From an uncultured Clostridia bacterium (GTDB taxonomy: Bacteria > Bacillota > Clostridia > TANB77 > CAG-508), in the NCBI GenBank assembly GCA_934149275.1, contig CAKPEG010000007.1, forward strand, positions 24-64,023: 64,000 nt of DNA. The letters run 5' to 3'. Position 1 is the first letter of the stretch. Every line of letters begins with the position of its first letter. Positions 49,190 through 57,408 of this stretch are shown here, piece by piece. The notes beneath the pieces are model-generated. The model made no database searches and was not told the origin of the DNA. It saw only the letters and a program-made list of their open reading frames with translations. The translations under genes were made by a program, and so were the position numbers.

Positions 49190-50731
49190 GTGGAAGAAAA
49201 TAAAAAAATAAACCAGCTAAATGGGTATATTAAAGAAATATTAAGTAACACCTTTGAAAAAGTGGGAATTAATCTTTTTAATGATAAAATAAAAATGGTA
49301 TTAGAAAATTATAAAAAATCATTATTTGATTACAGTTTTAAAAATATGGAAGAATTACCCGAGTTTCAAGAAGCATTGAATATAATATTAAAAATACAAA
49401 GATTTGGAATAAGTGGGTTAGAGAAAGAGACACAATTTATAAATGAACTATTTCCAAAAATGGAGATAGCCAAAAAAATAGAAGATAATATAATAAATAA
49501 ATATTTTAAAAAAGAAAATTTAACCCAAGAACAAATTCAAAATTTAGATAAACTATTGGTTTTCTATATAAAAAACAGAGTATACAGCCACAGATTAATA
49601 AAAGTAGCAATCGAATTTATAGAAAAAAACGGGTTTGAATTTGAGAAATTTAAATTTGTTCAAGAATTTATGGATAATTTTACGGAGTTATATGCATCCA
49701 TCACACCAACAGAACAAAGTAGACCATATTTTGAAATAATGTACAAAATAATAGACAAATTAACGAAACAACCAAATTTTGATTTATTTAATAATAAGAT
49801 GATTCTTGATTTATTACAGATACAAGAAAGACTTCCTGTACAAGATAGAGAAAATATTTCAAATATAATTTTAGAAAATTTAAAATTACACGAAACAAAT
49901 CCAGAACAGACTAAAGAAGAAATAAAAAAAATGATAGAAGAAAATAATCAATGTTCAATCGAGGAAAAAAATAATTTATTATTAAGAAATATACAAACAC
50001 TTAAATTAACATCAAACTACATCATGCCACAAGAGGTCATAAACTATTTTTTAAGACAAGCCCTTAATTCAGAGCAATACATTGTAGAAAATAAAGAAAG
50101 GTATCAAATTGTATTTGAAAGTATATTACAAGATATTGCAAAAAATGATGTAAAAGAATGTTGCACACTTTTTAGAGAAGACTACTCGCAAAAAGATTTA
50201 AAAGGAAGCGCAATCCCAAAGAGTTATGTAACAATATTAGCAGAAGAATCTGTAAGTAGCATGTTAGAATCAAAAGATATTAGCCTACTGGAAATTATAT
50301 ACCATGAAAACACACATCATAGACAAAATTTAGATTTTAAGCAAAAAGAAAAAATAGAAGAAAATCCATTAAGAAAAAAACAATTCAAAGAAGAAATAAT
50401 AAGAAAATATAATCCTGAATATTATACTGCCAATTATTATATGATGTATAATGAAATTGAAGCAAGAAGAAATGGAAAAGTAAAATTACTAGAATTATTA
50501 AATTCGTTAAATCTTACCGATTATAATAATCAAAGGCAAAATCTACAAGAAGAAATAAAAATAGAGGATGAAAATTACAAATTGGCTGGATATAAAAGAA
50601 AGAGTATTAATTCTGATGAAAAAATAAATGTAGAAAAATACTTTAATGAATTAGCACAAAAATATCCAGAAATTCAAAAGAACTATTCATTTCTAATTGA
50701 TAGAGATTATAGTGATTTTTCAAATAGATAA
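49190..50731 (+). CDS. Hypothetical helical cytoplasmic protein (513 aa) with a single HExxH motif
   Basis: Long open frame in very AT-rich DNA. EIIYHENTHHRQN (HExxHxxQ pattern). No signal peptide or TM. The GTG start is uncertain. Confidence 0.55.
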   Translation: MEENKKINQLNGYIKEILSNTFEKVGINLFNDKIKMVLENYKKSLFDYSFKNMEELPEFQEALNIILKIQRFGISGLEKETQFINELFPKMEIAKKIEDNIINKYFKKENLTQEQIQNLDKLLVFYIKNRVYSHRLIKVAIEFIEKNGFEFEKFKFVQEFMDNFTELYASITPTEQSRPYFEIMYKIIDKLTKQPNFDLFNNKMILDLLQIQERLPVQDRENISNIILENLKLHETNPEQTKEEIKKMIEENNQCSIEEKNNLLLRNIQTLKLTSNYIMPQEVINYFLRQALNSEQYIVENKERYQIVFESILQDIAKNDVKECCTLFREDYSQKDLKGSAIPKSYVTILAEESVSSMLESKDISLLEIIYHENTHHRQNLDFKQKEKIEENPLRKKQFKEEIIRKYNPEYYTANYYMMYNEIEARRNGKVKLLELLNSLNLTDYNNQRQNLQEEIKIEDENYKLAGYKRKSINSDEKINVEKYFNELAQKYPEIQKNYSFLIDRDYSDFSNR

Positions 50732-50794
50732 AAATTTTTAAATTATATATTTTATAATATATATGCATAATAAATATAAGAAAGAAGGAAGAAT

Positions 50795-51631
50795 ATGTTA
50801 AAATTAGGATGCCATTTACCTATTTCAAAAGGCTTTTTTGAAATGGGAAAACAAGCTGCAAGTATAGATGCAAATACTATACAATTCTTTACAAGGAATC
50901 CAAGAGGCGGAGCAGCTAAACCAATAAATGAAGAAGATGTAAATAAATTTAAAGAATTAGCAAAAGAGAAAGGAATAAACAATCTTTTAGCACATGCACC
51001 ATATACACTAAATGCATGTGCAGCAAGAGAAGAAATAAGAGAATTTGCAAAAAACACAATGGAAGACGACCTTAAAAGAATGGAATATTTTCCAGGAAGT
51101 TTATACAATTTTCATCCAGGTAGTCATGTAGGACAAGGAGTAGATACAGGAATAAAATATATAACAGAAATGTTAAATGAAATATTAAAACCAGAGCAAA
51201 CTACAACAGTTTTACTTGAAACAATGGCTGGAAAAGGAACTGAAGTTGGAAGAACTTTTGAAGAAATAAAAAGAATAATAGATGGTGTTGAATTGAAAGA
51301 TCATATAGGCGTTTGCTTAGACACATGCCATATATTTGATGGTGGATATGATATAGTTAATAACCTAGATGGAGTAATAGAAGAGTTTGATAAAATTATA
51401 GGACTAGAAAAATTATACGCAATACATTTAAATGACAGTATGAATACACTTGGATCACACAAAGATAGACATGCAAAAATAGGGGAAGGAAATATAGGAC
51501 TAGAAGCAATTACTAGAATAATTAATCATCCTAAATTACGTAACCTACCATTTTTTCTTGAAACACCAAATGAATTAGAGGGATATGGTAAAGAAATAAA
51601 ATTATTAAGAGAAAATTATAAAGAGATTTAA
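50795..51631 (+). CDS. nfo: Endonuclease IV (AP endonuclease)
   Basis: [13 protein letters not shown]...[11 protein letters not shown]...HAPYTLN...LETMAGKG...[13 protein letters not shown]...HLNDS is typical Nfo. Confidence 0.94.
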   Translation: MLKLGCHLPISKGFFEMGKQAASIDANTIQFFTRNPRGGAAKPINEEDVNKFKELAKEKGINNLLAHAPYTLNACAAREEIREFAKNTMEDDLKRMEYFPGSLYNFHPGSHVGQGVDTGIKYITEMLNEILKPEQTTTVLLETMAGKGTEVGRTFEEIKRIIDGVELKDHIGVCLDTCHIFDGGYDIVNNLDGVIEEFDKIIGLEKLYAIHLNDSMNTLGSHKDRHAKIGEGNIGLEAITRIINHPKLRNLPFFLETPNELEGYGKEIKLLRENYKEI

Positions 51632-51640
51632 AGAATAAAA

Positions 51641-51770
51641 GCGGACTATTTATAACATTTGCACTTATTATAGATTTTTTAAGTCCGCATCTTTGTTTGT
51701 ACGCAAAATTTGCTTTTGCAAATTTCTGCGCATTAGTATTTTTATATAATAGGAAAATCAGAGAACTTCC
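51641..51770 (-). repeat. Intergenic repeat family C, copy C4 (inverted orientation)
   Basis: The reverse complement reads GGAAGTTCTCTGATTTTCCTATTATATAAAAATACTAATGCGCAGAAATTTGCAAAAGCAAATTTTGCGTACAAACAAAG...AAATGTTATAAATAGTCCGC. Confidence 0.8.
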
Positions 51771-51772
51771 AT

Positions 51773-51805
51773 AAAAAAAGAATCTAGATAATTCTAGATT
51801 CTTTT
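51773..51805. terminator. Bidirectional terminator between nfo and the ComEC-like gene
   Basis: AGAATCTAGA-TAAT-TCTAGATTCT 10-bp stem flanked by an A-run and a T-run. Confidence 0.75.
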
Positions 51806-52841
51806 AATTTTCGTTTTCGTTTGTCGTATTTTCTTGACTAGTATCACTATTTTTATTTGCAGTAGAAGGATTTCCATCTAAAGCAGTAGAGAAAGTTTGA
51901 ATATTATAAGTTTTACCATCACTAGTCAATAATATAGTTCCATCTTTATCAGTTCTATATACTTTAGCTCCTATTTTGGAAAGAGCATCTAAAGTGCTTT
52001 TTGCTGGATGAGAATAAGTATTATTAGCTCCAACAGAAATAATTGCTACTTCAGGTTTTACAGCATTTAAGAATTTTTCAGTAGAACTTGTATCTGAACC
52101 ATGATGTGCTACTTTTAATACATCAACTTTAGGCCAAGATATTTTTTCTTCAATTTCTTTTTCAGCATCTCCCATAAATAAGAAAGTTTTTTCTCCATAA
52201 GCTAAGTGAATAACAATTGAATTTAGATTTAAATTAGATTGTTGTTCATTTTCAACTGACATTATAGTGCAAATACCATCACCTAATCCAAAAGTATTTC
52301 CAATTTCACAACGAGTGATAGAAAGACCTTTGGCAGATATTGCTTCTAAAACAGATTGAAAAGTAGCTGTAGTAGTAGTTACATCAGGCATATAAATTTT
52401 ACCAATATCAAAATTGTTAATAATGTCATCTAAACCACCAATATGATCTTCATGAGGGTGAGTTCCAACTAAATAATCTATTTTTTGAATGCCAAGACCT
52501 TTAATATAATTAACTAGAAGCGGACCGTCTTCATTATTACCAGCATCAATAAGCATTACTTGACCATCGGCAATAACTAATTCTGAGTCAGCCTGTCCAA
52601 CATCAAAATAGTAGATTTGCAATTTTGAATCAGCAGATACAACTGTGTTTCCTACTGTATTAACGGAGATTGTATTAGTAGTATTAGCTGAAATGTTAAG
52701 ATTTTCTTCAATCAAGTTGTTTACTTGATCAGGAAATTGGTTACTAATAATAGCACCAATAATCAAAACAATTCCAAAGAATAATGTTATTAAAAAACTT
52801 TTTATTTGAGAGCGCTTTTTCTTTTTCGTAGCGTTTCCCAT
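51804..52841 (-). CDS. Membrane-anchored MBL-fold hydrolase related to the ComEC/Rec2 C-terminal domain
   Basis: N-terminal TM; FDVGQADS, VGTHPHEDHIGGL and VAHHGS motifs. Confidence 0.8.
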   Translation of the reverse strand: MGNATKKKKRSQIKSFLITLFFGIVLIIGAIISNQFPDQVNNLIEENLNISANTTNTISVNTVGNTVVSADSKLQIYYFDVGQADSELVIADGQVMLIDAGNNEDGPLLVNYIKGLGIQKIDYLVGTHPHEDHIGGLDDIINNFDIGKIYMPDVTTTTATFQSVLEAISAKGLSITRCEIGNTFGLGDGICTIMSVENEQQSNLNLNSIVIHLAYGEKTFLFMGDAEKEIEEKISWPKVDVLKVAHHGSDTSSTEKFLNAVKPEVAIISVGANNTYSHPAKSTLDALSKIGAKVYRTDKDGTILLTSDGKTYNIQTFSTALDGNPSTANKNSDTSQENTTNENEN

Positions 52842-52998
52842 ATAAACCTCCTATGTAATTGCAATATTATTATAAATATATAACCTTAAAAAATCAAGAA
52901 AAAGTAATAATAAATTATATAATTAAATAAAAAATATATTACATAAATAAAATTCATATTACAATTGTGTTAAAAAATTAAATTTATGTAAAAAATAC

Positions 52999-53027
52999 TT
53001 GCAATTAATATTTTTATATATTAAAAT
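52999..53027 (+). promoter_or_regulatory. Pmra-like promoter of the dcw cluster
   Basis: TTGCAA (52999-53004), 17-nt spacer, TAAAAT (53022-53027). Confidence 0.55.
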
Positions 53028-53037
53028 TTATTCGAAG

Positions 53038-53085
53038 GTGGAGAGAAGTGGTAGAAAGTGGAGAACCACCAGAAAGGATGTGGAG
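53038..53085 (+). promoter_or_regulatory. Candidate MraZ operator: GTGG(A/T)(G/A) direct repeats in 10-bp phase
   Basis: GTGGAG (53038), GTGGTAG (53048) and GTGGAG (53058) at exactly 10-nt spacing, plus a fourth GTGGAG at 53080. All lie between the -10 and the conserved MraZ N-terminus. Confidence 0.55.
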
Positions 53086-53086
53086 C

Positions 53087-53515
53087 ATGTTAATTGGTGA
53101 ATTTGAGCATTCATTAGATGCCAAAGGAAGACTAATTATGCCAGCTAAACTTAGAGAAACAATAGGCGATAAGTTTGTTGTGACTAAGGGATTAGATGGT
53201 TGCTTATTTGCATTCTCATTAACGGAGTGGGCTAATTTCGAAGAAAAATTAAAGTCACTTCCACTATCAAATAGAAGTTCAAGAGAATTCACAAGATTTT
53301 TCTTATCTGGAGCAACTGAATGCGAAATAGATAAACAAGGTAGATTTTTAATTCCAACCAATTTAAGAGAATCAGCTAACTTACAAAAAGAAGTTGTAAT
53401 AATTGGAGTTGGAACAAGAATTGAAATTTGGGATAAAGAAAAATGGAATTCTTACAATAACGAAAATATTTCAGTAGAAGATATAGCAGAAAATATGACA
53501 ATGCTGGGTATATAA
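53087..53515 (+). CDS. mraZ: Transcriptional regulator MraZ
   Basis: [23 protein letters not shown]... and a second SpoVT-AbrB half ...[15 protein letters not shown]. The track ORF begins at GTG 53048, but the conserved N-terminus and the operator repeats favour ATG 53087. Confidence 0.9.
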   Translation: MLIGEFEHSLDAKGRLIMPAKLRETIGDKFVVTKGLDGCLFAFSLTEWANFEEKLKSLPLSNRSSREFTRFFLSGATECEIDKQGRFLIPTNLRESANLQKEVVIIGVGTRIEIWDKEKWNSYNNENISVEDIAENMTMLGI

Positions 53516-53538
53516 CTTGCAAAAGTTTATATAAAAAA

Positions 53539-53726
53539 CAAAAGATAAATTAATTAAATACAAAAGATATTAAAGTACCAAAGATAAGCTGGCAGCTAAA
53601 TAGCTGCCAAAGAGTTTAATACTAAAGAATTTTAAAGTTCACAAAAGATCATTAAGATTCAAAAGATATTAAATTACAAAAGAATTAGTAAAGTAAAAAA
53701 GAAAAATCTTTTAAAGAACAAAAGAG
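53539..53726 (+). repeat. Degenerate tandem array of about 10 CAAAAGAT-type units (15-22 nt period) in the mraZ-rsmH spacer
   Basis: CAAAAGAT at 53539, 53561, 53642 and 53660. Variants: CCAAAGAT 53578, CCAAAGAG 53607, CTAAAGAAT 53622, CAAAAGAAT 53677, CAAAAGAG 53719. Units are mostly followed by ATTAAA(G/T)TA-like sequence. An 8-bp hairpin TGGCAGCT/AGCTGCCA is embedded at 53590-53609. Confidence 0.6.
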
Positions 53727-53728
53727 AA

Positions 53729-53759
53729 ACATCTTCTGAGGTATAACCTCAGAAGATGT
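53729..53759 (+). other. Perfect 13-bp hairpin in the mraZ-rsmH spacer
   Basis: ACATCTTCTGAGG-TATAA-CCTCAGAAGATGT, with no U-tract. Confidence 0.7.
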
Positions 53760-53786
53760 AAGATATACTTAATTTAGAAGTTGACA

Positions 53787-53813
53787 GTTGGTATAATTTG
53801 ATACCAACTTTTT
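53787..53813 (+). terminator. Terminator-like hairpin with T5, 28 nt upstream of rsmH; overlaps an extended -10 element
   Basis: GTTGGTAT-AATTTG-ATACCAAC followed by TTTTT. The left arm contains TGG-TATAAT (53789-53797). Confidence 0.5.
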
Positions 53814-53841
53814 AGCAATTATAAATGTAAAAGAGGTTCTA

Positions 53842-54774
53842 ATGGATTTTGTTCACAAATCAGTACTACTAAACGAATGTATAGATGGATTAAAGATTAA
53901 ACCTAATGGAATCTATGTAGATGGTACATTAGGAGGAGCAGGACATAGTAGTGAAATAATAAAAAAGCTTTCAGCTCAAGGAAAACTAATTGGAATAGAC
54001 AGAGATGAAGATGCATTGAAAGCTGCAAAAGAAAGACTAAAAGAGTATTCTAATGTAATATATTATCATGGAAATCATGATGATATAAAAGAAATATTAG
54101 AAGACTTAAATATAGAAAAAGTAGACGGAATTTTGCTAGATTTAGGAGTTTCTTCATATCAATTAGATGAGAGAAACAGAGGATTTAGCTATTTAGGTGA
54201 AAATGTTTTAGACATGAGAATGGATAAAACACAAAAGCTAGATGCAAAAATTGTTGTAAATAATTATAAAGAAGAAGAGTTAGCTAAAATTATATATGAT
54301 TATGGTGAAGAACGTTTTTCAAGACAGATTGCAAAAAATATATGCATAGAAAGAAAAAAACAAGAGATAACAACAACAAAGCAACTAGTAGAAATTATTG
54401 AAAAATCAATACCAGCTAAATTTAGAAGTAAAGACTCACATCCAGCCAAAAGAACATTTCAAGCAATTAGAATAGAAGTAAATGATGAGATAAAACCATT
54501 ATATCAAACAGTAATAAATTCCATAGACTGCTTAAAACCAAGCGGAAGATTATGCATAATAACATTTCATTCATTAGAAGACAGAGCTGTAAAAAATGCA
54601 TATATAGATGCAGAAGGAAAATGTATATGTCCACCGGGTTTACCATATTGCGCATGTGGAGCAATAAAAAAAGGTAAAATAATTACTAAAAAACCAATGT
54701 TACCAACCAAAGAAGAAATGGAAAGTAACTCAAGAAGCAAAAGTGCCAAATTAAGAATTTTTGAAAAAACATAA
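53842..54774 (+). CDS. rsmH: 16S rRNA (cytosine1402-N4)-methyltransferase
   Basis: [13 protein letters not shown]...[10 protein letters not shown]...[10 protein letters not shown] motifs. Confidence 0.96.
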   Translation: MDFVHKSVLLNECIDGLKIKPNGIYVDGTLGGAGHSSEIIKKLSAQGKLIGIDRDEDALKAAKERLKEYSNVIYYHGNHDDIKEILEDLNIEKVDGILLDLGVSSYQLDERNRGFSYLGENVLDMRMDKTQKLDAKIVVNNYKEEELAKIIYDYGEERFSRQIAKNICIERKKQEITTTKQLVEIIEKSIPAKFRSKDSHPAKRTFQAIRIEVNDEIKPLYQTVINSIDCLKPSGRLCIITFHSLEDRAVKNAYIDAEGKCICPPGLPYCACGAIKKGKIITKKPMLPTKEEMESNSRSKSAKLRIFEKT

Positions 54775-54791
54775 AAGGAGGTGTAAGGATA

Positions 54792-55313
54792 TTGGCTGTA
54801 CCAAGATATAATAGATATCAATATGAAACTAGCCCAAGAAAATTGGAACCTGAATATAGTCCAGTTACAAAAAAATATCCTAAAAAATCGGTCACACCTC
54901 GAAATAAAAATAAAACAAAAAATATTTCAAAAGCTTCAATAATAAGAAGAAAAGATCAATTTAAATTAATAGCAGCAGTACTATTAGTATTTTCTGCAGT
55001 ACTAACAATGAGTTATAGAAATTCACAAATAGATGAGTCATTTTCAAAAACAGAAGAGCTAAAAGAAAAATATATGGCGATTGAAAAAGAAAATGATCAA
55101 ATGAAAGTAGATATTGAAAATGGCTTGAATTACAACAATGTAGAGCAACAAGCAAAAGAGTTATTAGGAATGCAAAAATTAAGTAACAAACAAACTGTGT
55201 ATGTAAATCTACCTAAGAAAGATTACATACAACCAGCAACTGAAACAGTTGTTATAGAAAAAAATGATGGATTTATAAATACTGTAATAAACAAATTTAA
55301 AAGTATATTTTAA
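54792..55313 (+). CDS. ftsL: FtsL/DivIC-type cell-division protein (bitopic, coiled coil)
   Basis: Basic N-terminus, single TM (LIAAVLLVFSAVLTM), coiled-coil region. Its position between rsmH and the PBP supports the call. TTG start after AAAAGGAGGTG. Confidence 0.7.
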   Translation: MAVPRYNRYQYETSPRKLEPEYSPVTKKYPKKSVTPRNKNKTKNISKASIIRRKDQFKLIAAVLLVFSAVLTMSYRNSQIDESFSKTEELKEKYMAIEKENDQMKVDIENGLNYNNVEQQAKELLGMQKLSNKQTVYVNLPKKDYIQPATETVVIEKNDGFINTVINKFKSIF

Positions 55314-55368
55314 TAAAATAAATAATAATATTAAAAACTCATGAATAATCTTTATAAAGGAGATTATC

Positions 55369-57336
55369 ATGGGTTTTTTAAATACAAAAAAGAGAATAAG
55401 AATAATGTTATTTATAGTAATAATAATATTTATATTATTGCTAATAAGATTATTTTGGATTCAGGTGATTCAGGGGAAAAGATTAAGCCAAATGGCGCAA
55501 GAGCAACAAAAACTAGATAGAGAAATATCAGCCAAACGTGGGATAATATATGACAGAAACGGTGAGATTCTAGCAATGAGTGCAAGTAGTGAGATGATAA
55601 CAATAAATCCAAATAATATTCCAAAAGAAAAGAAAGAACTTGTTGCCAGAAAAATATCAGAAGTTTTAGAAACAGATTATGAAAAGATTTTGAAAAAGGT
55701 AAACAGAAATAGTTCAATAGAAATAATCGGTAAGAAAATAGAAAAAGAAAAAAGTAATATATTAAGACAATGGATGATAGAGAATGATATTGATCAAGGG
55801 ATAAATATAGATGAAGATAGCAAAAGATATTATCCATACAGCAAATTGGCATCACAAATAATAGGATTTTGCGGTTCGGATAATCAAGGTCTGAATGGGA
55901 TTGAAGCAAAGTATGATGAAACATTAAAAGGTAAGAAGGGAAGCATAAGTAAGACAACAGACGCAAAAGGAAGAAACATAGGAGATATAGAAGAAAAATA
56001 TACAGATGCAATTGAAGGGAACAGTATAGAGTTAACTATAGATAAAAATATAGAACAAATAGTTGAAAAATATTTAGAAGAAGCTTGCATAGACAATAAT
56101 TGCACAGATGGTGGAAATATTATAATAATGAACCCACAAAATGGGGATATATTAGCAATGGCGACATACCCAAATTTTAATTTGAATGAACCATTTAAAA
56201 TAAATAATTCGGAATTAGAATCTGTATGGAATAGCCTATCTGCAGAAGAGAGAAATAATAGTTTGCAAGCTATGTGGAGAAATAAAGCTATTGCAGATAC
56301 ATATGAACCAGGATCAACATTTAAACTGGTAACAGCATCAGCATCATTAGAAGAAAAAATTACAGATACAGATAAATCAGGAGAGTTTTGTTGTACTGGA
56401 GGAATAGAAGTCGCTGGTGTTAGAATTAAATGCTGGAGATATTATAGACCACATGGGCCAGAATCTCTAAGAGAAGCATTGATGAATTCATGTAATCCAG
56501 TATTTATCGGACTAGGACAGCGAATGGGAGTGGAAACGTATTATAGTTATTTAGAGAAATTTGGCTTCTTACAAAAAACAGGAATTGATATTCCAGGAGA
56601 AGCAGGAAGTATTTTTTTAGCAAAAGAAAAAGTTGGGCCAGTAGAACTTGCAACAATAAGCTTTGGTCAAAGATTTGAAGTTACACCAATTCAAATGGTA
56701 ACAATGCTTTCAACAATTGCAAATAAAGGAAAGTACGTAAAACCTAGATTAGTAAAAACGATAATAAAATCAGATACTGAGGAAAGAGAAGAAATAGAAC
56801 CTGAATACAAAAATCAGGTTATATCTGAAGAAACAGCTGAAAAAGTTTTAAATATGATGGAATCAGTTGTTTCAGAAGGAACGGGAAAAAATGCAAGAGT
56901 GGAAGGATACAGAATAGGTGGTAAAACGGGAACATCAGAAGACGGTGTAAATACAGGAAAATATGTTACATCATTTATTGGAGTTGCACCTATTGAAAAT
57001 CCCCAAATGGTAATGCTAGTAACACTTTATAATCCAACAGGAGAAGGGGGCCACCAAGGAGGTGGAGTTGCAGCACCAGTAGCTGGAAAAATATTTGCAG
57101 AAGTACTTCCATATTTGAATATAAAGAAAAATGACGGAGAAACTAAACAGCAGATCAAAGTACCTGATTTAACAGGAAAAACTATAAAAGAAGCAGAAAA
57201 AATATTAGCAGAAAATAATTTGAAAATTGAATTAGACGAAAATGAAACAGATAAAGAAAAAATTATAACTAAACAAATACCAGAAAAAGAAATTTTTGTA
57301 GAGGAAGAAACATCGATAATTGTTCATACTAATTGA
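55369..57336 (+). CDS. Class B penicillin-binding protein (FtsI/SpoVD-type) with one PASTA domain
   Basis: PGSTFKLVTA, NSCNPVF and GGKTGTSE motifs; C-terminal PASTA (VPDLTGKTIKEAEKIL). Confidence 0.93.
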   Translation: MGFLNTKKRIRIMLFIVIIIFILLLIRLFWIQVIQGKRLSQMAQEQQKLDREISAKRGIIYDRNGEILAMSASSEMITINPNNIPKEKKELVARKISEVLETDYEKILKKVNRNSSIEIIGKKIEKEKSNILRQWMIENDIDQGINIDEDSKRYYPYSKLASQIIGFCGSDNQGLNGIEAKYDETLKGKKGSISKTTDAKGRNIGDIEEKYTDAIEGNSIELTIDKNIEQIVEKYLEEACIDNNCTDGGNIIIMNPQNGDILAMATYPNFNLNEPFKINNSELESVWNSLSAEERNNSLQAMWRNKAIADTYEPGSTFKLVTASASLEEKITDTDKSGEFCCTGGIEVAGVRIKCWRYYRPHGPESLREALMNSCNPVFIGLGQRMGVETYYSYLEKFGFLQKTGIDIPGEAGSIFLAKEKVGPVELATISFGQRFEVTPIQMVTMLSTIANKGKYVKPRLVKTIIKSDTEEREEIEPEYKNQVISEETAEKVLNMMESVVSEGTGKNARVEGYRIGGKTGTSEDGVNTGKYVTSFIGVAPIENPQMVMLVTLYNPTGEGGHQGGGVAAPVAGKIFAEVLPYLNIKKNDGETKQQIKVPDLTGKTIKEAEKILAENNLKIELDENETDKEKIITKQIPEKEIFVEEETSIIVHTN

Positions 57337-57408
57337 AAAATAATACTATACAAAAAAAATTTTTAAGTATATAATAATTCTAGATTTTTTTAATAGGAGA
57401 GGTTAAAA

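Noticed and set aside
50752-51108. 118-aa minus-strand ORF overlapping the nfo 5' half
   Set aside because: It is a shadow of nfo, which has clear endonuclease IV motifs on the + strand.
53014-53361. 115-aa minus-strand ORF over mraZ
   Set aside because: It is antisense to the conserved mraZ reading frame and has no translation signals.
53539-53726. Considered whether the CAAAAGAT repeat array is a CRISPR array
   Set aside because: The units are degenerate, irregularly spaced (15-29 nt) and not separated by unique spacers of constant length. There are no cas genes and no leader.
53781-53797. TTGACA followed by TATAAT looked like a consensus promoter
   Set aside because: The two hexamers are only 5 nt apart, so they cannot form a -35/-10 pair. 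Only the extended -10 (TGGTATAAT) reading is retained, as a possibility.
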